Assembly: GCF_003704095.1 (NCBI RefSeq)
Contig: NW_020847079.1
Location: 186,001 to 250,000, forward strand
DNA length: 64,000 bases
DNA from: Pocillopora damicornis
Lineage: Eukaryota
Direction of reading: 5' to 3'
Shown: one piece after another, positions 37,297 to 50,441 of the stretch
Numbering within the stretch: position 1 is the first letter of the stretch
Layout: each line of letters opens with the position of its first letter
The notes under the pieces: generated by a model
What the model was told of the DNA's origin: nothing
Databases searched by the model: none
What the model saw: only the letters and a program-made list of their open reading frames with translations
Position numbers and translations under genes: made by a program

Positions 37297-39177
37297 GACT
37301 TGCCTGTGGAAACGATAAAATGTAAAAGATTCAAACGCAAAAATAAAAAAGACGAAACTAAAATGCGCCAAAATTGTAACATAACAATCAAAGTTAAGAG
37401 AATAAACTAAAACTGCACAAACTTCTAACGTGACAGTCAAAAACAGGAAACTAACAATGAACGTAATTCTGACGTAACAATCAAAGAGAGGAATCTAAAC
37501 ATCCACAAGATTTTAACGTAACAATCTGAGAGAGGAAATTGAAAATGCGCGAGATACAAATGTAACTACCAAACAAAGGAAACTACAATTCACGGGATCC
37601 TTAAGTTACAGTCAAAGAGAGTAAACTAAAAATGTGACAGATGCTAACATAACAATTGAAGAGAGGGAATCAAATATGCGCAAAATACTAACGAAACAAT
37701 CAGAAGAAACTTAAAGTGCACGAGATTCTAATGTAACAATCAAAGAGAGGAAACAGAAATCCGCAAGATACAAACGTTACCATCAAAGAGAGATAACAAA
37801 ATATGCACGAGATCTAAGAAAGTAAACTAAAAATACGCGTGGTTGTAAAGTAACAGTCAAAGAGACAAACTGAAAATGCGCGAAATTCTAACGTAACAAT
37901 TTAAGAGAGGAATCTAAAATGCACGGTTCCCCCGCTGTATTCTGTCAAATAAATTATGAATTGAAAACCCGAGAGGCAATTTGCCTGTATAAACGACTGC
38001 AACTCTCTAATACAACTTCCTCCTCGCCTCTTATCTTATAGAGTGTGGGTAAAATAGAAACCCAGGGTTCTAGAGTAGAGCTCTAAGGTAGCGCTTTCAC
38101 AGCTCGCGTTTCGGACGGCTTAGCTTAGAGAGGTTTTCACCTCCTAAAATTGATTAACGAAGTGTCATCCCCAAAACAGCTGCGTAAACCACAAACCACC
38201 AAACATTACACATCAAACTTTATCACGAAACAACAAACCACAAGCCTTGGGCTCTCAAGACGGTCGCGCCACTGGAACGCGCGCTAAAATTATTTTCACA
38301 CAGTCGTCGTCGGAAGGGGTATGAGTTCTGTCTCTTTATCCTCTCTAAATTATGAAATATTTTATAAAATGAATTTTTAGCACCACAACGTTACATCATA
38401 GTATTATGCAAATTACAAGATTGTTAGTAATTACAAGATTGTTAGTAATTACCCCTTTAACTCCCAAGATCTGATTGATAATTCTCCCTTTTAGCTGCTA
38501 CACATTTCCTTATTCATCAGTTACGAGAATTTGGTGTTCGATCAAAATAACAACTTCTACCTGATAAGTTTTAGTATTCTCAACACCTTTTTGTTGGATA
38601 ACGTTTGGATATCATAGGAAGAAACTACATATTTATCATCCCTGATAGCTAAGGGGTTAAACTTTTTCAAAATAGGATAACGAAAACACACGAGAAAAAC
38701 CGACATTTAGAGTCTCGCGAATAATGAATTCTCATTTTGAGAGCATCGCACCAACCGACTTGGGGGACAAAAGCCGATTTACAAATAGGTCGCTGTTTTA
38801 TTGACATCTTATGTCAAATAACCCTCAGGAAAAAGTAATTTCAATGCGCTATCGGCGATCTTTATTTATTTTTAGCATAATTGGCGATAAATAGACCTTT
38901 ATTTGCATTTCGAGAATTCAAAGAGCTTGATTAAAAATGATTTGAATCTTCAGAATTCGAAGGTTAACTCCGGTTCCGATCACATGTGCTTTAGTTCACA
39001 CTGAAACCGACATCTCTTTGTTAGAAAAAATGTCTTAACTCAGTGTTGCAAGAAACGGGTAAAAAACAGTGCGTTCTAGTGACGTGGAAGACATTGCTAG
39101 GCAAATAAGCCATAAATTTGTTGCTGCTCGGGGAGACAGAGGGGAACATTGCTGTTTAATTTTCGCAACAGTTCTTG

Positions 39178-40248
39178 ATGACGAGTTTTAAAATTTCCGA
39201 AATGGAGACTAGGGGGACAACGACGAGGACAAGAAAAATACCTCACAGAAACGGTAAAATAACAGGTGAAACGCTCAATTTTCGAAAAGTGGCCAGACAG
39301 GTCATGCTGGCAAACATGTTTACGAAAAGGCCGCTGCAGCAACCAAACGTGAAGAAAAATTCGACCTACAAAAGCACAGCCGTCGACCATCATGGACATA
39401 AGCCAAAGAGGGAACGAAAACACAATAATTCTGCGATGGAAAAGCCATCATTACATCGGAAAGGAACTCCAGAGCTGTTCCCAATGTCTGAGGAAATGAA
39501 ACAGACTATGATTTCACTTGGCAGGCTTGATCTTTTGCCAGAAGAAAGGAAGGCGCGGGGGAGTTCTTTCGCCGAGGAAGTGAAAGTACAAAAATCGCAA
39601 TCAAACGGTACATTTCGCGAGAAAACAAGACGAAGGATAATTCATCCCCAGAGGTTTATCCGCAACGTACAATCTTCTATTAGCAACGCGAAACGAATTC
39701 TCGAAGACAGCGAAGAGACTGAAAATGAAGAAATTTCGACGGAAAATTGTACGAAGAAAACTACATCAGAAGATGTCACAAACGGCATTAATTCTGCAGA
39801 TGAAAGTGATGCTAAATTGAACAGAATAAAAACAAACAACAACATTGTTCCAACACCGCAAACAAGTACGTACTGTAGCACAAAATCCGCTAGAAATCAA
39901 CGTTGTTCTTCATGTAACAAGCGACCTTCTTACTTATCAAGATTCAGTGACATTGGACCGCTTTCCGCTACCCAACCCAGAATTACTCAACTACGAACAT
40001 GGCCAACACGAGCACACGACACAACTCGTATGTGGACGCGAACAAATTATTTCCCTAAAATTTCGAGAAGGTACACATTTTCAGGGAAAGAGTGGGCAAA
40101 CTACAGCAAATCAGCGGAAATCGAAGAAAAAAATAATGACGAACTCTTGAGAACCAGGCAATGGAAAAGTGTGGAGAACCTCACACGAGAAATCGAAGAC
40201 AAATGTCTTACATGGCTTGAAAACCGCTACGGTTTACCTCAGTATTAA
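39178..40248 (+). CDS. Uncharacterised intronless basic, largely disordered protein (~356 aa)
   Basis: A 1.07-kb open frame in AT-rich DNA, with CpG-rich coding-like composition and a helical-looking C-terminus (WKSVENLTREIEDKCLTWLENRYG). No family recognised. Confidence 0.65.
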   Translation: MTSFKISEMETRGTTTRTRKIPHRNGKITGETLNFRKVARQVMLANMFTKRPLQQPNVKKNSTYKSTAVDHHGHKPKRERKHNNSAMEKPSLHRKGTPELFPMSEEMKQTMISLGRLDLLPEERKARGSSFAEEVKVQKSQSNGTFREKTRRRIIHPQRFIRNVQSSISNAKRILEDSEETENEEISTENCTKKTTSEDVTNGINSADESDAKLNRIKTNNNIVPTPQTSTYCSTKSARNQRCSSCNKRPSYLSRFSDIGPLSATQPRITQLRTWPTRAHDTTRMWTRTNYFPKISRRYTFSGKEWANYSKSAEIEEKNNDELLRTRQWKSVENLTREIEDKCLTWLENRYGLPQY

Positions 40249-42539
40249 ACATCAAAGATGATAAAGCACCTAATTTTTCCCAGGAACGAACATCTCACTA
40301 AACAAAGTTTACAACTTGAATTTGGCTTATGTTAAATCTACAAATTTCTTCTGGAAAAAATCATCTTTATTATGAAGAAATGCTAATTTCCCCTTAAAAA
40401 TCCCTGAGTTTTATTCAAAAAAACTAAGTTTAATTTCTGAACGTCATAAATTGAATCATAACCAGGAAATGTCGCAATTACCTTGAGAAAAAAATACAAG
40501 TGAAAACCAATTTCCATTTCACAAAGACAAAATATAAGCATAAAAATGAGCATTAAAAAAGCAGAAAAACTCAAAAGCTCCACGCAGGCATTTATGAAAA
40601 ACACAATTCTGTTTCTCTTTTGTAAGCAGCTGGTTTCGAAACTAATGTATGCATGCGAATTTCAGTTTGAAGCACTTTTAATCTGACTAGATCTTTGCCG
40701 CTATTTCTTAGCAGAATGTATGAAAAAATATACAATATTTCTTTAAATGGTGAAGAAGAAACGAGGTTTCTTCCCAAAGTTGTCATATTTCTGGTGAACT
40801 TTTACTTAACGAACAAACATCCTGAACAAACATTCGAACCGAATAAATTTGTCTGAAGGCAAATTATTTTCATCTGTGAAGAGGTTCTGCATAAAATTTG
40901 ACAACCAAAGACAATATTAAAAACTCACAACAATAGGATACCTAATATTCTCTTTTTCGGTCTCTTTACACGAATTAATAGTTTCGCAGCGTTCCGCAGT
41001 AGAATTAATTTGAAATTGCTTTTGGGTGCCGCACAATTGCTCGACACAATGGTCTCATAAAAATCAAAATGCTTCCTGAAATGTGCCAAAACTGTGCAAA
41101 CTGATCTGTTGTTTCCGCCATTAGGATCGGCCAATGAAAGGTTTCACTAACGCCCTATTCACACATCCTACGTGATGTTTGAAGCCGCGTTGTTGCCTTC
41201 TAAAGAAAAGATTATGGAAGAAAATATGTCATACCTAAATTCTAATAAGTGGGAGAACGATACAATGTACAAAAGTGCAAATATATTCGAAATCCTTCAA
41301 AACAGAGTTACGAACCTTAAAAAGGCGTTTTATTGAAAATTGTCCGGCAATCAAGTGTTGCCATGCAACCACTGCCTTGATTTTGCGAACATCCTCGAAA
41401 AGTTCAAATTACGATGTGATGTCCTTCAACAAGAAAAATTATGTAAATAACACTGGCTTAAAAAATTGGAAAAGGTGAAATTCATTTGTACAATGCCACA
41501 AGTTGTTTATTTTTTGCAAGTTAACTTATTCAAATTACATTATTCTAGCTGATGAGTTTTATACTCTAGACAACTATCGGTTGACATAAGTCGATAAATT
41601 TCTTATATTCTTCTGAAAAATAACGAGATAGAGATCTATAGTTACATACTAAATGAAATTCATTCAAAAACTGTCAAACACGTAAAATAACCACTATTGG
41701 TGCAGTTACAGGCTCTCAAAATTCGATGTCCATCATGTCTTACAAAAAATATGGAAAGCAGAAAAAGTAGAAAAAAGTGGTGGTGTTTCACAGATATTCA
41801 GCAAACATTAACGTGTTAAATACCCAACGACGAAAAAGTGTCAGCTCAAGATAACTGCATCTAGCCAATCACAGAAAAATGCCAATTAAATCAAGAAGCA
41901 ATCGAAACTCAAAGCTAGAGTTGCAACCCGCGTCAAAGGCGGGAAATTACAATGCAGAACGCGAAGTCACGAGTGGCTTTTCCATTGTTCCTAGCTGGTT
42001 AAAACTGCGGCCCTCTCTCTGATTGGTCGAAGGATACAAGCCGATTCTCCTCTTGACCAATGCAGAGCTACAATCAAGCTCGACAAACGAATTCAGAAAA
42101 CGGGAACAATTGCTCATTTAAAATGACTGAATATCAGCCTTGCCCCCCAAAAACTGTCGATGAATTGAATCATTAAAACGTCCATTAAAGCTGACGAATT
42201 TTACGAACAGGGGCAATCACTATCAACTTTCCAACTACATCATGTTCTTGTACGATAAGACTACTGAGAAATCACGAAAAAATTCTTAAGATCGAATTTA
42301 AAACTAACCACAGAGTGATAGAATCAGATCAACTTCAAATCTACTTTGAGAAGAAGCATTTTGACTGAATATCGCTAAATTCTGTATAAAAATTGGCTAG
42401 AAGCGACCCTTGCGGCGATATAAAACAATGCATTCTGCTCACTGGATGGCAGAACGATTGGGAAGGTAACATCCTCTCTCTAAGACAATCTAAATTTTCC
42501 CACAATAACTCGAGAACCTTGAGGACTATAACGGGAAGG

Positions 42540-45500
42540 TTAGCCACTGTCTTCAGCTTCAACATCATCCTCCTCATCATCAGCCTCACCCGGGCGAAAC
42601 TTCTTCCTCTTACGAATATCATTAAGAGTCTCCTCAATTGAACGTAAGTCCCGCTTGTTTTCGCTGGGAACTGCAAAAATACCAGCAAAATCCGGTTTAG
42701 ATTGTGATCTTCAGATTATCACAGAACGGTACAGTGGAAAGTGACATGTGTAACATGGCGTGGCTTTGCGTGAAGTGGCGTGAAGAAAAATTCAATGAGT
42801 AGAAAGACTTAGAAGCGAAATTCTTGTCCCATGTGGGGTGAAGTTGTCGTGGCAGGGGGGTCAACTCGCAGGGACGAGCTTGCAACAGAGCGAAACCTCG
42901 ACAAAACCCGTTTCAACAACCTGCGCGAGAGTCAGTATCGTAATCTAGCGGTGTCGTCCGGTAGACGAGTGTTATACGTCAGTTCCTTTGATTATAGAGT
43001 ATAAAATCAGCAAACAAGCAAGAAAAAAGATTGATATGCGTGACAGACAGTGTCATCCTTAACAAGTCATGGGTTTCTTTACAGCTCTCAAAGGCAGCGA
43101 GACTGGACTGACTAATCTAAGAATTACTCATTTTGCACGTGTCAAGTAAATGTCATACAACCTCTTGCTTTCAAATGTTGCAATCAGAGAGGGAATAAGT
43201 TTCTAAAAAACTGTGGTGCTGCGTCTGTGGTNNNNNNNNNNGGTTTAATAAACTGAGTTGATAAAGTAAATCGGCCACCGTAAAGAGTTTTAAAGCCGAC
43301 GTTTTGAGTGAAAGAGAGGTTGCACTACTTTTTCCTCACCAGAAACTTACCATAACCGTAAGCTGAGTTACTTTTAGTAGCCTTAGCAGCATCTTTGCCA
43401 CTGTCAGTACCAAGTAAGTGTCTGTACTTGTCTTTGTAAAATGTGGACGGTGCTTGTTTGGAAATTTTTGACGACCTGCACTGTGTTTCCTGACTGGGAC
43501 CATCAACATTACTCTGTACAATGACAAGGGTGGTAGAAAATGTTTAGAATGTGCTACATGCATGTTCGGTATGTCTAGGCGCGAGTCAGAAATCTGGGCC
43601 TAGTACATGAAATCGAGGGTTTCATTTGCAATAACAGCAAGAAATATTGAAACACAACAAACTCATTTCATAGATTGAAGCTTTTAATTGAGTGTTGGCA
43701 GTAATCTGCCGTTGCTTTAGTTGTGATTAGTCTAGAAAATTTGCGCTTCCCTCTAAAACAACCAAATGCAAAACTAAACCATTCACAAATTTGTCACATG
43801 ATTTCCCGTACCTTCAGAAATTTGCCTATTTTTCTTTGCCCTCTCATTGGCTTATGATGATTTAACCTTTATTCTGATTGGCCACAGTGATTACTACCTT
43901 TTGGCACAGCTCCAACTGCTGTTTTTACAAACTCCTATTACACCTCAAATGAGCATCTCATTATTTGAGGAAAACAAAAGCCAAACTGGGTAAATTAAAC
44001 TATGATAGAAAATGCACTTATTTGTTGACATATTTTTTGGGAAATTTTTCCAATGAGCCAGACTAAGTTCATCAGATGTGCATCCAATCACATTGAATGC
44101 TGGTGGAGGTAGAGAGACTGTAAGAGTAAAGTGTTCATGGAAAAACACAGCCAGGGTTTAACCTCATACCCTTTCTAGTAGTTAAAATACTCTTAATAAT
44201 TACGGTTAGAATTTTTTTCTTGATCTAATGCCAAATTTTTGTCAGACTAACTTGTGAGGAATGTTTAGCAGCTAGAGGGAAAAATAACAATGAGATCTTG
44301 GAGTTAAAGAGTTACATAAAAGCACTCCATACCTCAGATGCCTCCTTGAGCTTTTCTGCACTCTCCGGATCAAATTCCTATTAAAATGAAGGATACACCA
44401 CTGCTCAATTAAGTCACTGATATTAGAAGCACGAAGTTAAAGATAACTCCAAATCAAAATAGTGAGCATCATTTCTGGTAAATGTGACAATATCTGAATT
44501 AAATCATATAGCCAGTATGATTGTTCAGGTGATAATAAAAATGCCTGCATTCTGATTGGCTCAGAATTATGCAGCAGCTTGTAACAATGGGGCAATACTT
44601 TTAAAAATGGCTTCCACCTGGTTCTGATACCCACTTGAGTGACTAAACTAAAACAATTAGGCTTGAGGAATATTCTCAGAAAAATCCTGTCAACCTCATC
44701 ATCTAAACAATGTTCATTTAGTCTCCAGAGATTAATTCCTCAAGATAAATTGTATATAAATCTTATGTAATAATTTTTTACCTGTCCATTCCTGTATGCC
44801 TCAAGTTCTTCATCAGAAGGAGGAAATTCCTGGAAATAAAATAAACAAGGTAGTCGTAAGTACTTGGTAATCATAATATGTAAAGTTGTAACAAAGTTAT
44901 GTGTACAACAACAAAAAACATTACATTTTGAGATACTGGTATCTAACCCATCCAAAGGATATCCAATCACAGGAGTATAAAGAAATGAAGAAAAGAAACA
45001 GTAAACAGAAATCTCAAAACTTTAATTCACAATGCTGGAAAAATGTGTCTTAGCTACATGACACTTAAACCTATAAAATTCCCATGAGTGACCAAGACAG
45101 CATTTCTCCTTACAATATCAATACAAAATTAAACAGAAATGTGATAAAAATAAAGAAAAATATTACAAGGGGGATTATCAGTTGATCCAGTATCAAATTC
45201 TCGGAACTAACATCATACGAATTGTATGGCATACAGTATGGCAAGTTACTGATAAGATCTATGGAGAGAAAAGATCAAGTCTCCATTTGTAAATTAAGAG
45301 ATTACCTATGCAGAATTCCTTCCAAACCAAAATGAAATTAAAAAAATACAACAACAACCCAAAGCTTAAATAACTCTTTGTTATTTTACATGCATGTAAG
45401 AATATTTACCTTTTTAAAAAGCATAACATATCTGTCTACTTCATCTTCTCCAAAAGAAAATGTAGTAAGACCAGCAATCTCGGCAACATCATGACTAATG

Positions 45501-46937
45501 AAATGAAACACAGAGTTTTTATTTAGAAATTCAATATCAAGAGGATAGTGTAGTGTAGAATAGTCTAAACATCTGAGTGAAAAAAATTGAGTTAGGTATC
45601 CAAGTTTAGCTATACAAGTCTGTTTGGTAACCAGAGAATTCTTTGATCTCCCCCTACTAATGAACACCCAGAGAACAACAAAAAATAAATCAATGTCTCA
45701 TAAATTTCACAATACTAGGAAAGTATAATATAAATTACTATTTATCAAACATGGCATTCTCACTTTTTGCTAGAGGCAGGATCAGTTAATTCTTTTGATT
45801 AATTTCTAACAAACACAGATGAAGTTTTCCACAGTAGGTAAACTGACAATAAAACAATAAATGCCTATAAACTTACACAATACTCCTCTCCACTCTTGTC
45901 ATTGGTGGAAACTTGAGTCTTGTTTCTTTGGTATCTTTTATAAATTCATTGACTTGTTTTTCAGTCTTAATGCAAATCATAGAAATTCAAAACATTATAA
46001 AATCAATGATTAATTAGAATTACTTATGAGATCTTTGGAGAGAAAGGGGGTAAAAGATAACTCTATAATGACATTAGAGGAGTCCCTACCTTTGAACGGA
46101 ATTCTGCATTCTTCTTCTTTTGTTCCAACTGGAGCTTCTTTAATTTGGCTTTCTCCTCTGTAATTCAACAAAAATACTTATTAATGCTGGGGTAATTGTG
46201 AAGGAAAATAATGCTTCATTCTATCACTTGATCAAGCTGTGCATGTGTTTAGGCAAATGCAAGGAGCATTCACGATCTACCAAGGGAGGTGGGGGTTTCA
46301 GAACATTCACAGACTTCCCTTATAATGTGATCCATGATTGCTTATCTTCCATTTGCACACAAGTAAACCGATTTAGCTGTGCTTTTGAGTGAAAATCCCT
46401 TTTCCAATCATGTTTTCCAGGCCATTCAAGCTAATCTTCATGGATGAGACAAAAACTATTGAGCCCACAATTTATGAGAGAGGATTTTAAACTTGGTGAA
46501 GTGAGCAGGACTTGCATCTTTGTAGAAATTTATTTTAAGTAATTTGCACTTTTGAAATCTAAAATATATATCACCTACATGTTAAATAACGACAAAAACG
46601 ACTTGCTTTGTTTTTGTTTCTGTGTGACTAAATTCAGGATTTCTACCTGATTCCTAGCATTGTTGTAACAGCGATCAATCCTTGTCTAGACTCAGTGAGC
46701 TCAGATTCAAGTTCTAGCGCAAATCACACGTGAGAAAATATAAAAATGACAAAAAAATTGATCCAAATACCATTCGCAGAAAACAGGTATGTTAAAAATT
46801 TATATTTCATAACAAGTTCAGGCAAATTTCTTTGCGAGTAGCGGAAATCAACAAAGGAACACGATACCTTTGGCCTTCTTGTTTTCTGTAGATGGTGGAG
46901 CATCCATGCTGTTAAGAATTGATCCTAGGAGATCCAT
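42540..46937 (-). CDS. SPAG7: Sperm-associated antigen 7 homolog (R3H domain), 8 exons: 46937-46868, 46157-46090, 45965-45877, 45494-45410, 44829-44782, 44377-44333, 43513-43351, 42670-42540
   Basis: [115 protein letters not shown]. All are collinear with SPAG7. Confidence 0.93.
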
Positions 46938-47955
46938 TTTTATCTCTCACTCCTCACCAATATAATCAAAGGAATCGATGTTATGTATCGTGGTTAATAA
47001 TTCGTGAGCTCCTCCAAAACAATGAGTACCGCCTTCAGACAGAATTCGGCTGCCATCTTGAAACTTGCTAGAGCCAGGACTAAAGTTGGACGGAAAACAA
47101 GGCGTGGATCCTAAGGATTTGGAGTGACATACACGCACGAGTCCACGCACGCTCGTCATCTCGCGTCTAAAATTCGAAAAACTAAAGGAGCGAAAGTAAT
47201 GAAATTTCGAGAACAAGCCAGCGAAAGGAGAAAAGATATAGCTTAAAAAATGGAGCTACAAACTGTAGTAGCCATTTTACCGCCAACACTGGCCCGCCCG
47301 ACTAAAAGCAGGAGGCTCTTAAAAGGACGGCACGCCGCGTCGTTTCACACCTCCGTGAAACCGCTGTTGATTAACGTTGGATTTTCACTCCTTTCAGCAA
47401 AAAAAAATAAAAATTTCAGTGGAAAAATATGAACGATCTCAAACAAGTTTTTGAAAACCCAAAACAAGAAAAAAAATTGATCCAAAATACTCTGGAACTG
47501 GACTCTGGGTGATCCGGAATTATGCACTGATGCCTATGGCAACTGAATTTTTTGTTTAAAACTACGTTTTACGCCTTGGGGCGTCATACCAATCAGTCGG
47601 GTATTTTCGAACTCGTATTGTAGATAACCGGATTATTTGTGCATGTTTTTCTTTTTGCAGTAATTCTCTGAACTATTTTCACGGTCTGTTTCTAATTGTC
47701 ATAATTTTTTCCCTTATTGTAAACGTAGTCACCTTCTGTTTCTTTAAGATGACATGACTTTTGGCACATAATTGAGTTCTCATTGCATAACAACACCAGT
47801 TTAATTGGCGCATGCCTGAGCTTTAGTTTCTAAAAAGTTCTGAGGAGTCTTTTAGTGGAAAAACTTGAGACTGGGTTCACTAAATCAGAGCACTATTGTT
47901 CATCCGAGATTCCGTTGAGTGTCTTCCAAAAAAGAGGTAAACGTCCTAGACAATT

Positions 47956-48543
47956 ATGCTTTACGTGGATGATTTCGAGGAAGAACTTCAAGAGGAGTAC
48001 GGCAAGATTTTCCACAACATTGCGTACATCAGGGCTACAAAGCTGGGAGGCAAAGAACTGAACAACCCGAGAAAAGACAAAAAGGAGGACATTTTATCGC
48101 AAGCTACATCTCGCGAGAAAAGGTACGAAGAAGACATCGAGTTACGAAGAGACAAGTGCGCTGTACAGGGTACTAACAGATCAGAATCTGACATTATGTT
48201 AGAGGCGATGAACACCAAGCCGCTCAGTAACCCTAAAGCCGAAAGTACTAAAGTCACCAGTCCTTCAGAGAGTGAATCTCAAACATTTCGGTCAGATCCT
48301 ACGCTATACGAAAAGGTTGCGCAAGATTTGGAAACGCTATTCAGCGGATGCGCAATGTTGAATCCAAATGTTTACTCTTTCAACGAGGAGGGTGGGGAAG
48401 TTGAGAAAAATACCGAAAATAGTTTGGATCTCCCTCACAAAAATTGCGTCAAGATGAAGAGACGTACACCGAGAAACGAAATTGAGCACAAGATAGTTCA
48501 TACTAGAAATGATACGCTGCATATATGGACGGCGTACGTGTAA
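47956..48543 (+). CDS. Uncharacterised intronless protein, 195 aa
   Basis: ATG-to-stop frame with coding-like composition (MLYVDDFEEELQEEYGKIFHNIAYIRATKLGG...HIWTAYV), lying divergent from SPAG7. No family recognised. Confidence 0.55.
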   Translation: MLYVDDFEEELQEEYGKIFHNIAYIRATKLGGKELNNPRKDKKEDILSQATSREKRYEEDIELRRDKCAVQGTNRSESDIMLEAMNTKPLSNPKAESTKVTSPSESESQTFRSDPTLYEKVAQDLETLFSGCAMLNPNVYSFNEEGGEVEKNTENSLDLPHKNCVKMKRRTPRNEIEHKIVHTRNDTLHIWTAYV

Positions 48544-50441
48544 ATACCTGCCGATAACGAAGGAACGAAACCGTGAAATTACTCGAGACCATTATCGTAT
48601 ATATTTAAAGTGACATTTCTTTCAAACGGTGTGGTATGTGTGAGCAAACGAACATTAAGGGGGCATAGTTTGTTCACCTTGGCAAAATTGGGCTTTAGAA
48701 ATTCTTCATTTATTTTTTCATCCTAGTTCCCATTCAGTTTGCCAATGCTCCTTTTGATATCGTTACTACCAAATATTTTGTGGTATTTTTAATTTTTAAG
48801 TAGTATTGGACGTCACAAACAAAAGGAAATGATTGCGACTTAACTCACCGAAAAGGAAGAGAATTAGTCAACAAGAAGTTTCTCAGTGTGTATTTGAAAA
48901 GGAAGAATATGTGACTTGTATCTTTTGTAGCCGAATAATTGGTGTTCTTCAGTCTTTTGAAAGCGGCTAGATAAAAATTCTTGAAATTAATTAAGTGCGC
49001 AGTGAGAGGTGAAATCAAATTACTTTTTTTGTTTCAATAACAATGTGGTTACCTAATTCAAATTAAATGAATGTAGAGGCATGGTCTTCGAGATATTCTG
49101 GCGGAAACACATTTCGCGCAGGATTCTTAGAAGAGGCGTGTGAAGGACCGCAAAGCGTGTTCCCTCACGAACTATTAAGGAGTTGAAGGTGTTTAATGTG
49201 ATTATCCACGCGAGTCGCGAGTCACGCGAGACTTTGACTAATCCATTAGAAGCCTTTCAGCAAGAGCGTTTCTTCGCTCGTTGGATAGTATGAGGCAGCC
49301 GATAAGAGGTCTGGAAGGGTCTAGCACTGACATTAGTGCCAGACCCCGGCAAACCTCTCCCTGATTCGTCTAAAAATGTTCCCGCGGATGGAGTAACGTA
49401 ACTTCTGGAGCGTTGAAAATGAGGGAATGGGAGCAAGTCAGACGAAGAGTGCATTCAAAATACTGTACATAAACGGGGACATTTTGTGGAGGAATGTAGC
49501 AGCGACATATCACGGCCAACAACCTGGTTGCTCCTTTCTGTTAACTCATCATCTCCTTCGTCGAGATCACCTCCTTCGTTTACGCTAAAGGGCAATCACG
49601 CGCAAATTGAAGAGGCCGCGTCTTCTAATGGTTCCAATCAACAATTCTTAAGACTTGATACTTCGGTCAAGTGTACAGAATTTTAAGATAATAATCTTAA
49701 AAATAGCAAAGTTATGACAAACCCTTTGCAAACTTCGTAAAAATTGTCTCGAAACATCCCTTTTTTTAATTTTTTTTTATTTAAGTCTCGTATTATCAAA
49801 ATTTCCAAAGCTTCGCAAATGAATAAAATCTGTGCCAATAGCATCAGGGCCAACGAATTTGAGAGCCTAAAATATATCTGATGTTTTAAGACTAGTGCTC
49901 TTTTTACCATCCAACGTCCTCGTGTCACTCCTCCCTCGATGAAAATGTACGTCTAAGCCTTAACAACTCATAATGTGGATCAATCTCTCTCCATTTCTTA
50001 CCCTTTTTTCCTTCTTCTCTAGCTTCCAATCTTCGTCCTCAGAAATTCCTGTTTTGCGTTACTTTACCATCAACGATTCAGATTTTTTTCTTGCTGAAAA
50101 GCTGTAATTTTAAGTTTTTTGTCCGACTTTGTCCGTCGCAAGCAAATGGGCACTTTTCAATTGAGTTTCGAATACCAAATCCAAAATAATCACAATGGTC
50201 TATCGCATTAAAGGAAATATGACCAGGAGCCAGAAAGAACTCAAAACAAAAAAATACCACGAGCATGGAGCGCGGGAAAACACGAGCGATAAAGTCGTGA
50301 TTGGTTTTAGTTTTGACTCTGATTCGCTGACGAATTGGCTCAAGTTTTTTAGGCCAATCACAGAGCGTATTAAGGTAAATCTTATACAATCCTGGATTCG
50401 ACTTTCGCGCCTCAATTGAAAATTGCTCCAATTATTGTCTA

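Larger units (their letters stand above)
36268..37925 (+). repeat. 44-bp minisatellite (consensus ~AACGTAACAATCAAAGAGAGGAAACTAAAAATGCGCAAGATACT), interrupted by a Penelope-like insertion at ~36746-37296
   Basis: About 11 well-conserved units at 36268-36745, with a 175-bp four-unit higher-order period. More diverged units at 37330-37925. Confidence 0.9.

Noticed and set aside
49250-49690. Coding-like CpG-rich stretch with 65-66-aa ORFs on both strands
   Set aside because: An in-frame stop lies just upstream of the + ORF, and there is no clear splice partner or recognisable motif. It could be a decayed exon, but that is unsupported.
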